64,000 bases of DNA, from the NCBI GenBank assembly GCA_038087875.1, contig CM075987.1, positions 27,406,001 through 27,470,000 on the forward strand, written 5' to 3'. The stretch's first letter is position 1; the number at the start of each line of letters is the position of its first letter. The stretch comes from Malacoraja senta (lineage: Eukaryota). The position numbers and the translations under genes are program-made. Under the pieces are notes generated by a model. It made no database searches and had not been told where the DNA came from. It was given only the letters and a program-made list of their open reading frames with translations. Shown piece by piece: positions 50,561 through 63,744 of this stretch.

Positions 50561-52819
50561 GCAATAAGCTGCAAGATCCATGCTGATGTAAGGTTAAAGG
50601 CTAAATATCCGACCATTATTTCCTGCTGAGAATGCTATTTCTCTCTCTCTGCCTATAAAATGGAAAACCCGACGTAACTTAAAATGCAACAACCCACTGC
50701 AATAAAACTGCCACGGTCCATTTCCAATGATTCAGAAGCCCAAAAGGTAGACGCAAAGTGCTGGAGTAACTCAGCGGGTCAGGCAGCATCTCTGGAGAAC
50801 ATGGATACATGACGTTTTGGGAGAAGGGTCTCAATCTGAATCGTCACCTATCCATGTTCTCCAGAGATGCTACCTGACCCGCTGAGTTACTCCAGCACTT
50901 TGTGCCTATCGTTGGTATAAACCAGCACCTGCAGTTCCTTGTTATTACTGCAGCGTGAATAGAGAAGTTAGAACTGGATAGATCGACACAAAATGCTGAG
51001 AAGGGTGAAGAAGGGTCTCGAACCGAAACGCCACCTATCCATGTTCTCCAGAGATGCTGCTTTGGGAGGGACTTCAAGGGGAGGATTTTGTCTGGATTAA
51101 TGTGGGGGCCGGACCAACAGTTGCTGGAAAATCGGTTGTGGACCTGTACTAATATTCTCACTATACAAACGATCTTTTTATTTCTTGAACTTTTTATTGT
51201 TTGTTTAGGATATTATCTATTAAGTGCTGTGTTTACAAACCTGTTGTGCTGCTCCAAGTAAGAACCTCATTGTTCCGTTTCGGGACAGACGACAATAAAA
51301 GACAGACGTCTGAAGAAGAGTCTCGACCCGAAACGTCACCTATTCCTTCTCTCCATAGATGCTGCCTGTCCCGCTGAGTTTCCCCAGCATTTATATCTAC
51401 CTTCGGTTTTTCCAGCATCTGCAGTTCCTTCTTAAACATAAAACACTCTTGATCATGATGTCTTGGAAGTGCTGACTCTAAAGGCAGGCAGATCATCAGA
51501 GACCCACACCGCCCCGGCTCCCATTTCATTCCTGCCGTCGGGAAGAAGGTACAGGAGCCTGAAAACTGAGATGTCCAGGTTCAGGAACAGCTACTTCCCT
51601 ACAGCCACCAGGATCTTGCAATAAGGACATTGGGCTTTTTTGTTTGCACCAGTATTGGGATTATTCACTTCCTAATTTCTTTGTTTATTATAGATTATCT
51701 GTGTGTATTATGCGACTTGCCTGTTACACTGCTTTAGTCAGAGGGAGGTGAATCGGTGGAGTCCATTGCCACAGAAGGCTGTAGAGGCCAAGTCAGTGGG
51801 TATTTTTTAAGGCAGAGATAGATTTTTGATTAGTACAGGTGTCGTGGGGTTATGGGGATAGGAGGTCCATCAAGTCCACTCCTCTATTCAATCATGGCTG
51901 ATCTATCTCTCGCTCCTAACCCCATTCTCCTGCCTTCTCCCCATAACCCGTGACACCCATATTAATCGAGAATCTATCTATCGCTGCCTTAAACAACTCC
52001 ATTGACGACCTCCACAGCCTTCTGTGGGAATGGATTCCACAGATTCACCATCCTCTAACTAAAGAAATTCCTCCTCATCTCCTTCCTAAAGGTACGTCCT
52101 TTAATTCTGAGCCTGTGACCTCTAGTCCTAGACTCTCCCACTAGTGGAAACATCCTCTGTCCAAGCTTTTCACTGTTTGGTAAGTTTCAATAAGGTCCCC
52201 CCCCTCGTCCTTCTAAACTCCAGCGGGGACAGGCCCAGAGCCGTCCCAGACGTTGCCAGTGTTGCCTTGAGCTTCTCGGGTTGGAAGTCAGCTGTCGCGG
52301 CCTCATGGAAAAACAACCAGCAACATGCTTCCTGCGGGGTAGTTGGTGAGATGGAGGTTACGACGCAGACTGTCTGGCTGGCTATGTAAGTGGGAGCTGT
52401 TCCCTGGGCAGAGCCCAGCCAACAGAACCATGTGTCTGGCACCGACCCTCCCACCAGCTGCAGCCACACCAGGAAAAGCCGCTCGCTGCGAAGAAAATTA
52501 GTCTCTGCTTTCTTTGAAACATGCCTCTGCTGCTTGTTTTCTGCTTGGAAATGAAAATGAGTTTTGAGAAATGGTGAGCAGTTCTTGATTTATTAGGTAC
52601 GAGGTAGTGAAGTGGCCTACTGCCATTGAACAATCTGCTTGCAGACATGCAACAGGGCTGAGAGCTAATCTCAGGAGATCGCCTTGCCCTGCAGGGAGGG
52701 GGGGGTCCGCTTCCCTCCCCGTATTCCGTGCAGCGAGTTGCTAATTCTTCTGGAGGCATAAGAGACTGCAGATGCTGGAGCCTTCAGCAAAGAAAAACAA
52801 CAAGCTAGACGACTAAAGA

Positions 52820-53127
52820 GCTGGAGTAACTCAGCGGGTCAGGCAGCATCTGTGGAGAACATGGATAGGTGATGTTTCACAGAGTGCTGGAGTAACTCAG
52901 CGGGTCAGGCAGCATCTGTGGAGAACATGGATAGGTCATGTTTCACAGAGTGCTGGAGTAACTTAGCGGGTCAGGCAGCATCTCTGGAGAACATGGATAG
53001 GTGATATTTTGGGTCAGGACCTGCCTTCAGACTTCATCTATCCATGTTCTCCACAGATGCTGCCTGACCCGCTGAGTTACTCCAGCACTCTGTGAAACAT
53101 CACCTATCCATGTTCCCCAGAGATGCT
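52820..53127. repeat. Tandem plus inverted array of 66-bp PLE pLTR units
   Basis: Three minus-strand copies (52820-53010), then two plus-strand copies (53035-53127) of the unit seen at 6894-7410. Confidence 0.87.
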
Positions 53128-54067
53128 AGGAAATGCTGGGAAAAAAATATGTGCATTCACCTTATCTATTTCCTTCATGATTTTATTCACCTTCAGTTTA
53201 TGAGATCACCCTTAAATCATTCGTTCATAAGATATCGGAGCAGAATTAAGCCATTCGGCCCATCAAGACTGCTCCGCCATTCAATCATGGCTGATCTATT
53301 TTTTCTTCTCAACCCCATTTTCCTGCCTTCTCCCTGTAACCTTTGGTGCCCTGAGTAATCAAGACCTATCAATCTATTCCTACGTTCTAGGAAATAGTCT
53401 TCGCCGACTCAATCTCTCCCGATAACTCAGTCCCTTGAGACTTGGCAACATCCTCGTAAATCTTTTCTGCGCTTTGTGGTATCGTTTCTATAAGCTGTTG
53501 ACCAAAGCTGAACACAATACACCAAGTGCGGCCTCACCAATAGCTGGCAACTGAGCCTTTGGTCATCTGTCACACTAGATTATCTAGACTGCTGAATAGT
53601 TCTAACTTCAAATCTAATTTTGCTGGGTCCCCTTAGACATTTTACCTGATTATAGTTGCTACACATGCAGATAGTTGCTGCTTTTCTTCAACTATCTTGG
53701 GCTGCCCATGCACACAATGACCCAACCAAGTTGCCGAGCGAAAACCAATGACATTGAGGAATTGCCCATCACCATAGCTCATCGCACAGTACATAAGCAG
53801 AATGTTCTCAATGTGAAGGCCAATGTAATCTTTCAAAAGCTGAAATGATTGTATTTTTTAATGGGCATTCTTTGCAGATTAGCAGAGCCGTCAGCATTCA
53901 GCAGAGCATTTGACCTGAACTGCCCCTCCACTCAAACAAAAATATTCAGTATGTCAGGTAATCAACTCCATCGACGCACATGAGATTAAGTGAAGATTGA
54001 CATAAAGTGCTGGAGTAACTCAGCGGGTCAGGCAGCATCTCTGGAGAGAAGGAATATGTGACGTTTA

Positions 54068-54600
54068 TTTCAAGAGGGCTCGAATACAAAGACAGGGATG
54101 TATAGTAATGCTGAGGCTCTATAAGGCGCTGGTCAGGTCACATTTGGGGTATTGTGAGCAATTTTGGGAACCATATCTGAGCAAGGATGTGCTGGCTCTG
54201 GAAAGGGTCCAGAGGAGGTTTACATGAATGATCCCAGGAATGATGAGCGTTTGTCGGCACTGGGCCTGTACTCACTGGAGTTTACAAGAATGAGGGGGGA
54301 CCCCATTGAGACTTACCAAATAGTGAAAGGCTTTGATAGAGTGGATGTGGAGAGGATGTTTCCACTAGTGGGAGAGTCTAGGACTAGAGGTCAAAGCCTC
54401 AGAATTAAAGGACGTTCCTTTAAGAAGGAGATGAGGTGGAATTTCTTTAGTCTGAGGGTGATGACTGTGGAATTCATTGCCACAAAAGGCTGTGGAGGCC
54501 AAGTCAATACATATTTTTAATGCAGAGATAGATAGATTCTTGATTAGGCAGGATAATGGGGTTTAGGAGGGAGAGATAGATCAAACATGGTTGAATGGGG
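54068..54600 (+). mobile_element. CR1 LINE 3' fragment
   Basis: ERLSALGLYSLEFTRMRGDPIETYQIVKG...TRGQSLRIKG. Confidence 0.87.
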
Positions 54601-54934
54601 AGCCACGTTTTGGGTCATAGAGTCACACAGTGATACAGTGTGGAAACAGGCCCTTCAGCCCAACTGGCCCACACCGGCCAACGTGGCCCAGCTACAACAG
54701 TCCATTTTGGGTCGAGACCCTTCTTCAGACTGAGAGGGAAACTAGAGGTAGGAAAAGGTTCAGAACAAATCAGAGCTGGCACCGATGTCCAATGAAAGGT
54801 GGAGCCCACAATGGTCAATTGTTGGCTGTGGAAGAGATGATAATGAAAGGATATATGGAGTCCTCTGACTCAGGCACAGCCGACATCAGAGCTATCATCT
54901 GCCCCTGTGGTTCCAATGCTCTCTTTATCAGAAG

Positions 54935-55275
54935 ATAGACACAAAATGCTGGAGTAACTCAGCGGGTCAGGCAGCATCTCTGGAGAAAAGGATTAGGTGA
55001 CCTTTCGGGTCGAGACCCTTCTTCAGACTGAGAGTTAGGGGAGAGGGAAACTAGAGATATAGATGGTGATACAGAGAGGTATAGAACAAATGAATGAAAG
55101 ATATGCAAAATATTAACGATGATCAAGGAAAGGGCCCAAAGAAAGTAGTACAATGACTGGGGTGGGGGAGGGATGGAGAGAGGGGGATGCAAGGGTTACT
55201 TCATGTTAAAGAAATGAATATTCATACCGCTGGGTTGTAAGCTGCCCAAGCGACATATGAGGTGCTGTTCTTCCT
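54935..55275 (-). mobile_element. Penelope-like 3' fragment (GIY-YIG end plus pLTR)
   Basis: EEQHLICRLGSLQPSGMNI on the minus strand; mutated hammerhead at ~54999-55026. Confidence 0.82.
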
Positions 55276-56364
55276 TGGACCAGTGATCCCCGCACATTAA
55301 CACAACCCTACACACACTAGGGACAATTTACACATACACCAAGCCAATTAACCTACAAAGCTGTTAGTCTTTGGAGTGTGGGAGGAAACCGAAGATCTCG
55401 GTCAGGTGGAGAACGTACAAACTCCGTACAGGCAACACCCGTAGTCAGGATCAAACCCGGGTCACTGGCATTGTATTGCATCAACTCTACTGCTGTGCCA
55501 TCTTGCCAGGATATGGACTAAATGTGGGAAAATGGGGCTAGCTTAGAATGGGCATCTTGTTTAGCATGGACAAGTTGGGCTGAAGGGCTTTGTTCTGTGC
55601 TGTGTTACTGTGACTCTATATTGGCCAATGCATCAAATAGGATGACTTCCACGGGAGAACAATTGACTAATTCAATGACGCAAGAGTGAGACAAGACCAT
55701 TTCACAAACGTTTGGGAGTCAGACAATTACTAAAGATTAAGATAAAGACAGTCAAAAAGAAGGTTGCGAAAAACAAAACTGTCACGGGTGTGATTTTTGT
55801 ATCATGAAGAAGGAATGTTCTGGGCAAGCTTGGTAGATTGCACAGGAAATACAGGCAGGATTGTTTTAGTTTTAGTTTTTAGTCTTAGAGACACAGGTCC
55901 TTCGGCCCACCGAGTTCGTGCCGACCAATGATCACCCCACACACTAAAACAATCCTACACACACTAGGGATAATTTTTACAATTTTACCAAAGCCAATTA
56001 ACCTACATACCTGTACGTCTTTGGAGTGCGGGAGGAAACTGGAGCACCCGGAGGAAACCCACGCAGGTCACAGGGAGAACGTACAAACTCCGTACAGACG
56101 GGGTCACACCGACCAACATGTCCCAGCTACACTAGTCCCACCTGTCCACGTTTGCCCCATATCCCCCCTAAATCTGCTCTATCCATGTACCTGTCTAACT
56201 GTTCCTTAAACATATTTTCCCCTTCTCCTGCCTATCCCCTGTAACCTTTGATGCCCTTACTAATCAAGATAATGTCAATCTCCACTTTAAACATACCCAG
56301 TGACTTGGCCTCCACCACCGTCTCGCCCTGCGTTGTTGCAGGAGTCACAGTTGTGGCAATAGAT

Positions 56365-56971
56365 GTCTATAATCATGAGAGGAATAGATCAGGCTAGATG
56401 CACACAGTCTCTTGCCCAGAGTAAGGGAATCGAGGACCAGAGGACCAGAGGTTTAAGGTGAAGGGGAAAAGATTTAATAGGGGTAACTTTTTCACATAAA
56501 GGGTGGTGGGTGTATGGAACAAGCTGCCAGAGGAGGTAGTTGAGGCTGGGACTATCGCAACGTTTAAGAAACAGTTAGACAGGTACATGGATAGGACAGG
56601 TTTAGAGGGATATGAACCAAACGCAGGCAGGTGGGACTAGTGTAGCTGAGACATTGTTGGCCGGTGTGGGCAAGTTGGGTCGAAGGGCCTGTTTCCTCAC
56701 TGTATCACTCTGTGACTAGTGTAGCTGAGACATTGTTGGCCAGTGTGGGCAAGTTGGGCTGAAGGTCCTGTTTCCTCACTGTATCACTCTGTGACTAGTG
56801 TAGCTGGGACATTGTTGGCCGGTGCGGGCAAGTTGGGCTGAAGGTCCTGTTTCCACACTGTATCACTCTGTGACTAGTGTAGCTGGGACATTGTTGGCCA
56901 GTGTGGGCAAGTTGGGCCGAAGGGGCCTGTTTCCACACTGTATCACTCTATGACTCTGTGACTATGACTCT
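56365..56971 (+). mobile_element. CR1 3' fragment with a quadruplicated 3' UTR
   Basis: VWNKLPEEVVEAG coding tail followed by four 79-bp units. Confidence 0.88.
56636..56953 (+). repeat. 4 x 79-bp tandem repeat of the CR1 3' UTR
   Basis: ACTAGTGTAGCTG unit starts at 56636, 56715, 56794 and 56873. Confidence 0.93.
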
Positions 56972-57584
56972 ATGCATGGAGTGTGCTCAATTCTGCGTGG
57001 TCCCACACCCATACCCCCACCAACAGCATTGGACTTGGCGCAGTGACAAAGACCACTGGGTCCGCAGGAACCCCAGGCACGCACTCATCAGCGTTGAGCC
57101 CTGGTGGCGTTGCATTGATTCAAATTATCTTTCAAACAGTATTTGTCAGCGGGAACATATTTACAAACTTGACGAACCAAACAGCGAAACAAAATACATT
57201 CCCAGCGAGCCTGAGAACAATCTGTTCCAAAGATATGACGAGGAACTTCTCTTGTACCAAAGAGCTGACTATATCTGTGCTGAACACGATGCCAATTTAA
57301 CTGTCTGCACAAGCCCCATGTCCCATTATACCCACCTGTTGATGTCTGTGTAAGTGCCTCAATCATTGCTCTGCCTGCTCCCATCACCTCCCCTCTCAGA
57401 GGGTTCCAGGAACCTACAATCCTATCTCGTACATCTCCTTTAAACTGCTGAAGAATGTAGAAACAAAGAACTGTGGGTGCTAGCTGTTACACAAAAGGAC
57501 ACCAAGAGCTGGAGCAAGTCGACAGGTCAGGCAGCACCTCTGGAGATCACGGACAGGTGACATTTCAGGCCGTTCATAATCTTC

Positions 57585-57840
57585 ACCACTAACTTCCACC
57601 CTGCCCTCACATTCACCAGGACCATCTCTTACACCTCTCTCCCCTTTCTTGATCCATCTAAATCCATTACAGCAGACAGGCTATAGGCTGACGTCTATTA
57701 AATACATACTAACTCCCACAGTTATCTGGACTACACTTCCTCCCACCCTGCCTCTGGCAAAGATGCTATTCCTTATTCTCAATTCCTCCGTCTCCGTGCA
57801 CCAGCTCCAAGATGAGACTTTCTATTCAAGGACATTCATA
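57585..57840 (+). mobile_element. Penelope-like RT/thumb fragment (decayed)
   Basis: NFHPALTFT...SLPFLD and TNSHSYLDYTSSHPASGKDAIPYSQFLRLR are PLE RT C-terminal motifs. Confidence 0.8.
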
Positions 57841-57939
57841 GAAACAGAAACATAGAAAACAGTTGCAGGAGTCGGCCACTCGGCTTGTAGGGGCATTCAA
57901 GATGTCTTCTTTCTTTACTAAACATGACCACCCCCTTCT

Positions 57940-58225
57940 GTCCTTGTACCTACCCAAGAGTATCTAACATGCCTCTATTGTATCTGCCTCCACCACCACC
58001 CCTACCCGGCAAAGTGTTCCAGGCCAACACCACCCTCTGTGTGAAAAACTGGCCCCGCACATCTTCATTCAAATTTCCCCAAGTGTCAGACATTTTCACC
58101 ATGGGATAAAGGTTCTGACTGTCTACCCTATCTACACCTCTCACCATTATATATACTTCTACCAGGTCTCTCCTCAACCTCCCACATTCCAGAGAAAACA
58201 TTGCAAGTCTATCCAACCTCTCCCC
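57940..58225 (-). mobile_element. Old CR1 fragment
   Basis: ERLDRLAMFSLECGRLRRDLVEVYIMVRG...FFTQRVVLAWNTLP. Confidence 0.8.
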
Positions 58226-58799
58226 AAAGTCGCCCATCCCTTCTCTCCAGAGATGCTGCCTGACTCCAGCCTTTTTGTGTCTACCTTCGATTTAAACCGG
58301 CATCTGCAGTTCCTTCCTACACATGATCACATAGGGTACAGAACTGAGAAAGGAACTTTGTTCCGATGTTGTGAATCAATTTGTTGCTTCTCACAGGACT
58401 TTGTGCATTTACTTGCACGCTCAGTCTGAGAATGAAGAATAATTGTGCCACAAGATTCCAGCCTCCCACTATCATTGACTCACAAACACCTTCTATTTGG
58501 TTAACACGGGCTCTTCACACAATGAATGACTCAGGCAAAACGCAACTCATCCTGGAACTTCTGTTTCTTTATATCAATCTGTTGTCAAATCAATTGAATC
58601 TTCAAAGGAAACGATGTCTACTGAGAATTTATTAGCCCTGGGCCCCACATTAGGACACAAAATATCCTGAACCATGAAAATGCTGAAAAGCAAAAGATTG
58701 TGTGGTCAGATTACTATGGTACTCTTATTACAGGGTATTATATTACTTACTGAGAGAGAACGTGTGAGAGAGAGAAAAAGAGTGAGAGAGAAAGAGTAA

Positions 58800-59717
<918 letters not shown>

Positions 59718-59784
59718 TTAGAAAGAGAGTTTGAGGGAGAGAGTGAGAGAGAGGAGAGAGAGAGAGAAAGAGAAAAGGCATGAT

Positions 59785-60240
59785 TAGTTTAGTTTAGTTT
59801 AGAGATACAGCGCAAAAACAGGCCCTTCGGCCCACCGAGTCCGCACCGACCAGCAAACCCAGCATACTAAAGGGCCTGTCCCACTTTCACGACCTAATTC
59901 ACGACCTCTGCCGAGTTTGCCCTTGACTCATACTCGCAGCATGGTCGTCACGAGGTCGTAGGAGGTCGTAGGAGGTCGTAGCAGGCCGTGATGCTAGTCG
60001 TAGGTACTCGTGGCATCAAGTAGGTCGGGACGTTTTTCTAGCATGGTGAAAAATGTCCACGAGTAAAAAAGGTGGTGAATTAGGTCGTGAAAGTGGGACA
60101 GGCCCTTTACACTATCCTACAGACTAGGGACAATTTACAATTATACCAAGCCAATTAGCCTACAAACCTGTACGTCTTTGGAGTGTGGGAGGAAACCGGA
60201 GAACCCGGAGAAAACCCACGCAGAGGAGAAGGTACAAACT
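59785..60240 (-). mobile_element. HE1-like SINE hosting MITE D
   Basis: SINE tail at 59785-59870 continues at 60110. Confidence 0.82.
59871..60106. mobile_element. PIF/Harbinger-type MITE D (236 bp)
   Basis: 36-bp TIR with one mismatch (AGGGCCTGTCCCACTTTCACGACCTAATTCAC); flanks TAA / TTA. Confidence 0.9.
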
Positions 60241-61721
60241 ACAGATTGTTAAAAGATTGTATGAGAAAGAGAGTGTGAGAGAGAGAGTGTGTGTGTGAGA
60301 GAGAGAGAGAGAGAGTGTGAGAATGCAGCAACATCTTACTTGTTACATCATACCTTTAATGGTTAGGTGATGTTACTACTTGATGATAGATCCGTATAAA
60401 AATCACTAACACTCACATAATTGGAACCAAGGATTTTGATAGGTTTCTAGTGTTTTGAGCATTATGGAGTTATAGATAACAGTACTCAGCAAATATTAAA
60501 ATGCTTGAGCAGTGATAGGTGTAAATACTTGGCTATGTAGACAAAGCAAAAGCCATTAGAGGCAGCTGAGTGAAGATATTACATGGGGTTCTAACTCATC
60601 CATGTTACTCCAGTGCATGTCCACACTCAGGTTTGGGATACTGAAGGTTAGTTGCAGACACACACACACACACACACACAGCAGGTTGACGGCTTCCAAT
60701 TGAGTATGCAAGAGCAAGTGGAATGGAAATCCTCCCGCTTAGCAGCAGGCCAGATGTAAACAGTTTTTGTGGTGTCTAAACGACAGACACCTATGGAATG
60801 CCTGAACCAAACATGGCGCATTCCATGCATTCAGCATCAGAGCTCAGAGTCCGGGCATGTCAACTTACCTTCAATGCAACAAAAGAAATCCAGGCTATCA
60901 GTTAAGCAGCGCTTACACCATTCATTCCCTCTGACTGCTTGTAATGGGTCCAAGATTCATCCCCACGCCTCAGGCTGGGACTTGTGGTACAGGAGGCTGA
61001 GGAGCGTTAAGGTGGACAAAATCACCAGAGGAATCAATAGGGTACATGCACGGAGTCGGGTTTTTCTCCGAGGGTAAGGAGATCAAGAACGAGAGGGCAT
61101 AGGCTTAGGGTGAGAGGGGGAAAGATTTAAGATGAACCTGAGGGGCAACTTTCTCCATACAAAGGGTTTAGGGTGTACGGACGTTCTGCTAGATCAAATA
61201 AGTTGATGCATGAACAACAACATTTAAAATACATTTGGACAAGTGCCTGGTTTAAAGGGATATGGACCAGGCAGAGGCAAGTAGGACTGGCTTGGAATGG
61301 ACACCTTGGTAGGCATGGGCGAATTGGGCTGAAGGGCCTCTTGGGCCTCCCTACTGAACGTAGGTCTAAGAGTATAGGAAGGAACTGCAGATGCTGGTTT
61401 AAACCGAAGATAGACGCAAAAAGCTGGAGTAACTCAGCGGGACACAAACAAGATATTTGTGTCACTGCAACCATCAGGTTATTAAACACTACAACCTCCA
61501 AATTACATAGACTTGGGGACGTGATTGTTCTAACAGGAATTAGCTACTTGGGATATCAGCTGCTGCCACTACCACCAAGTGTTCCCCATCTGCCTATCCC
61601 CCCCCCCCCAACCCCCGCTCACCTGTCCAGCTATTATCTACCACGCTCTGTCCTTCCTCTTCCCTTTTCCTTCTCGCCCCCTACAATCAGTATGAAGAAA
61701 TGTCACCTATCCATGTTCGAT

Positions 61722-62420
61722 AGTTCAGTTTAGTTTATTGTCACGTGTACCGAGGTACAGTGAAAAGCTTTTGCAGCGTGCTAACCAGTCAGCGGAAAGA
61801 CAATACATGATTACCAGCAAGCCAGCCACAGTGTACAGATACAAGATAAAGGGCATAACATTTAGTGTAAAATAAAGTCCAGTAAAGATTGATTAAAGAT
61901 AGTCCAAGTGTCACCAATGAGGTGGCTAGTACCTCAGGACTGCTCTCTAGTTGGTGAGAGAATGGTTCAGTTGCCAGCTGGGAAGAAACTGCCCCTGAAT
62001 CTGAAGGTGTGCGTTTTCACACTTCTGCACCTTTTGCCTGATGGGAGAGGGGAGAAGAGGGAGTGGCCAGGGTGCGACTCGTCCTTGATTATGCTGCTGG
62101 CCTTGCCGAGGCAGCGTGAGGTGTAGATGGAGTCAATGGCAGGGAGGTTGGTTTGTGTGATGGTCTGGGCTGCGTCCACAATTCGCTGCAATTTCTTGTG
62201 GTCTTGGATGGAGCTGTTCCCAAACCATGCTTTGATGCATCCTGATAAAATGCTTTCTGCAGCGCATCTGTAGAAGTTGGTGAGAGTTGTTGGGGACATG
62301 CCGAACTTCCTAAACCTTGTAAGAAAGTAGAGGCGTTGGTGTGCATTCTTGGCCGTTGCTTGGATATGGGTGGTCCAGGAGAAGTTGCTGGAGATATTTA
62401 CTCCTAGGAACTTGAAGCTC
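61722..62420 (-). mobile_element. Rex1/Babar LINE: RT C-terminus plus 3' UTR
   Basis: TNFYRCAAESILSGCIKAWFGN...LQRIVDAAQTIT...SHPGHSLFSPLPSGKR...SFFP. Confidence 0.92.
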
Positions 62421-63049
62421 CTTAAACCTAAACTTGAACTTAGAGTTCTCCAGAGATGCTGCCTGACCTGCTAAATTACTCCTAAGTGGCCCACAGGCAG
62501 AGAGGAGCGTGGTGAAACATCACCAATTGTCTGGTAGAATCCCAATGTCAGATATCCCTGAGGTTAAGGCCACAGCTATTGGATTCTGAGAGAGAGGGAA
62601 GCTCACCGTCTGAAACCACGGATCAGCTGTCTGAAGGGGCTTTTAATTCCTTAAAACATCTTTTGCTCCCAAATGGCTGGCGTGTGAGAGATTTAGTGTC
62701 GAGCTGGTTTTAATGATGTTCTGTCTGGGACACGCTATGCAAACAAAGTGAATGCTGAGTTATGAATCCTGAATGAAAAGTAGAAAGGTTCCAACAGACA
62801 TTAATTTTAAAGGGCTTTGGGGAAATATAAATTACAGATAAATTACAGCAGGAAATGTCTATGGACAGACTATATAGTGACCTAAGATAGACACAAAATG
62901 CTGGAGTAACTCAGCGGGACAGACAGCATCACTGGAGACATGGAATGGGTGACGTTCTTCAGAAGAAGGGTCTCGACCTGAAACGTTCTCCCGTTCCTTC
63001 TCTCCAGAGACGTTGCCTGTCCCGCTGAGTTACTCCAGCATTTTGGAGG

Positions 63050-63290
63050 GACCCAATACACTAGCACTATCCTAGACACTAGGGACAATTTACAATATTT
63101 ACCAAAGCCAATTAACATACAAACCTGTACGTCTTTGGAATGTGGGAGGAAATTGGAACACCCGGAGAAATCCCACGCAGGTCACGGGGAGAACGTGCAA
63201 ATTCCGATCAGACAGCACCCGTGGTCAGGATCGAACTGGGGTCTCTGGCGCTGTAAGGCAGCAACTCTACCGCTGCGCCATCGTGCCGCC
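63050..63290 (-). mobile_element. HE1-like V-SINE
   Basis: Head and V-domain. Confidence 0.85.
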
Positions 63291-63332
63291 CTCGAGGTCG
63301 AAGGGGCCATCTTAGGCAAGACACTAATACGT

Positions 63333-63458
63333 CTGAAGAAGGGGCTCAACCCGAAACGTCACCCGTTCCTTCTCTCCAGAGATGCTGCCTGTCCCGCTGA
63401 GTCACTCCAGCATTTTGTGTCTACTTTCGATTTAAACCAGCATCTGCAGTTCCTTCCT
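63333..63458 (+). mobile_element. 126-bp mini-PLE starting at the hammerhead core, 12-bp TSD
   Basis: ACACTAATACGT at 63321-63332 and 63459-63470; the insert begins CTGAAGAAGGGGCTCAACCCGAAACGTC. Confidence 0.87.
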
Positions 63459-63744
63459 ACACTAATACGTTAAGAATTTAATTGAATTCTTGGATGAGAT
63501 GAAGCTAGCCGTGGGGTTTGCTGCCCACCACAGGTCACGGACATATACAGTAACGCAGCTAATCCAACTGAACAGGTGGGGCCCCTCAAACGTAAAAAAA
63601 GAGCACCCAATTCTAGTTATCTTGCTGAGACCCAATAAATGTTGCAAGACAAAATAGCAACCAATGTCACCAAGGCTGATGGATGTAAACCCTGTATGCA
63701 CCATTTCCTGCCACCCAGTGCTATTCAAGTTAACTCATCAGGTC

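Noticed and set aside
56983..57353. Overlapping 100-150 aa ORFs in unique sequence (likewise 35776-36081 and 38125-38558)
   Set aside because: No recognisable protein family or consistent splice structure; ORFs of this length are expected by chance.
60700..60870. Cluster of GGAATG/CATTCC (TEAD-like) and GTAAACA motifs
   Set aside because: Short 6-7-mers with no independent support; too likely by chance to report.
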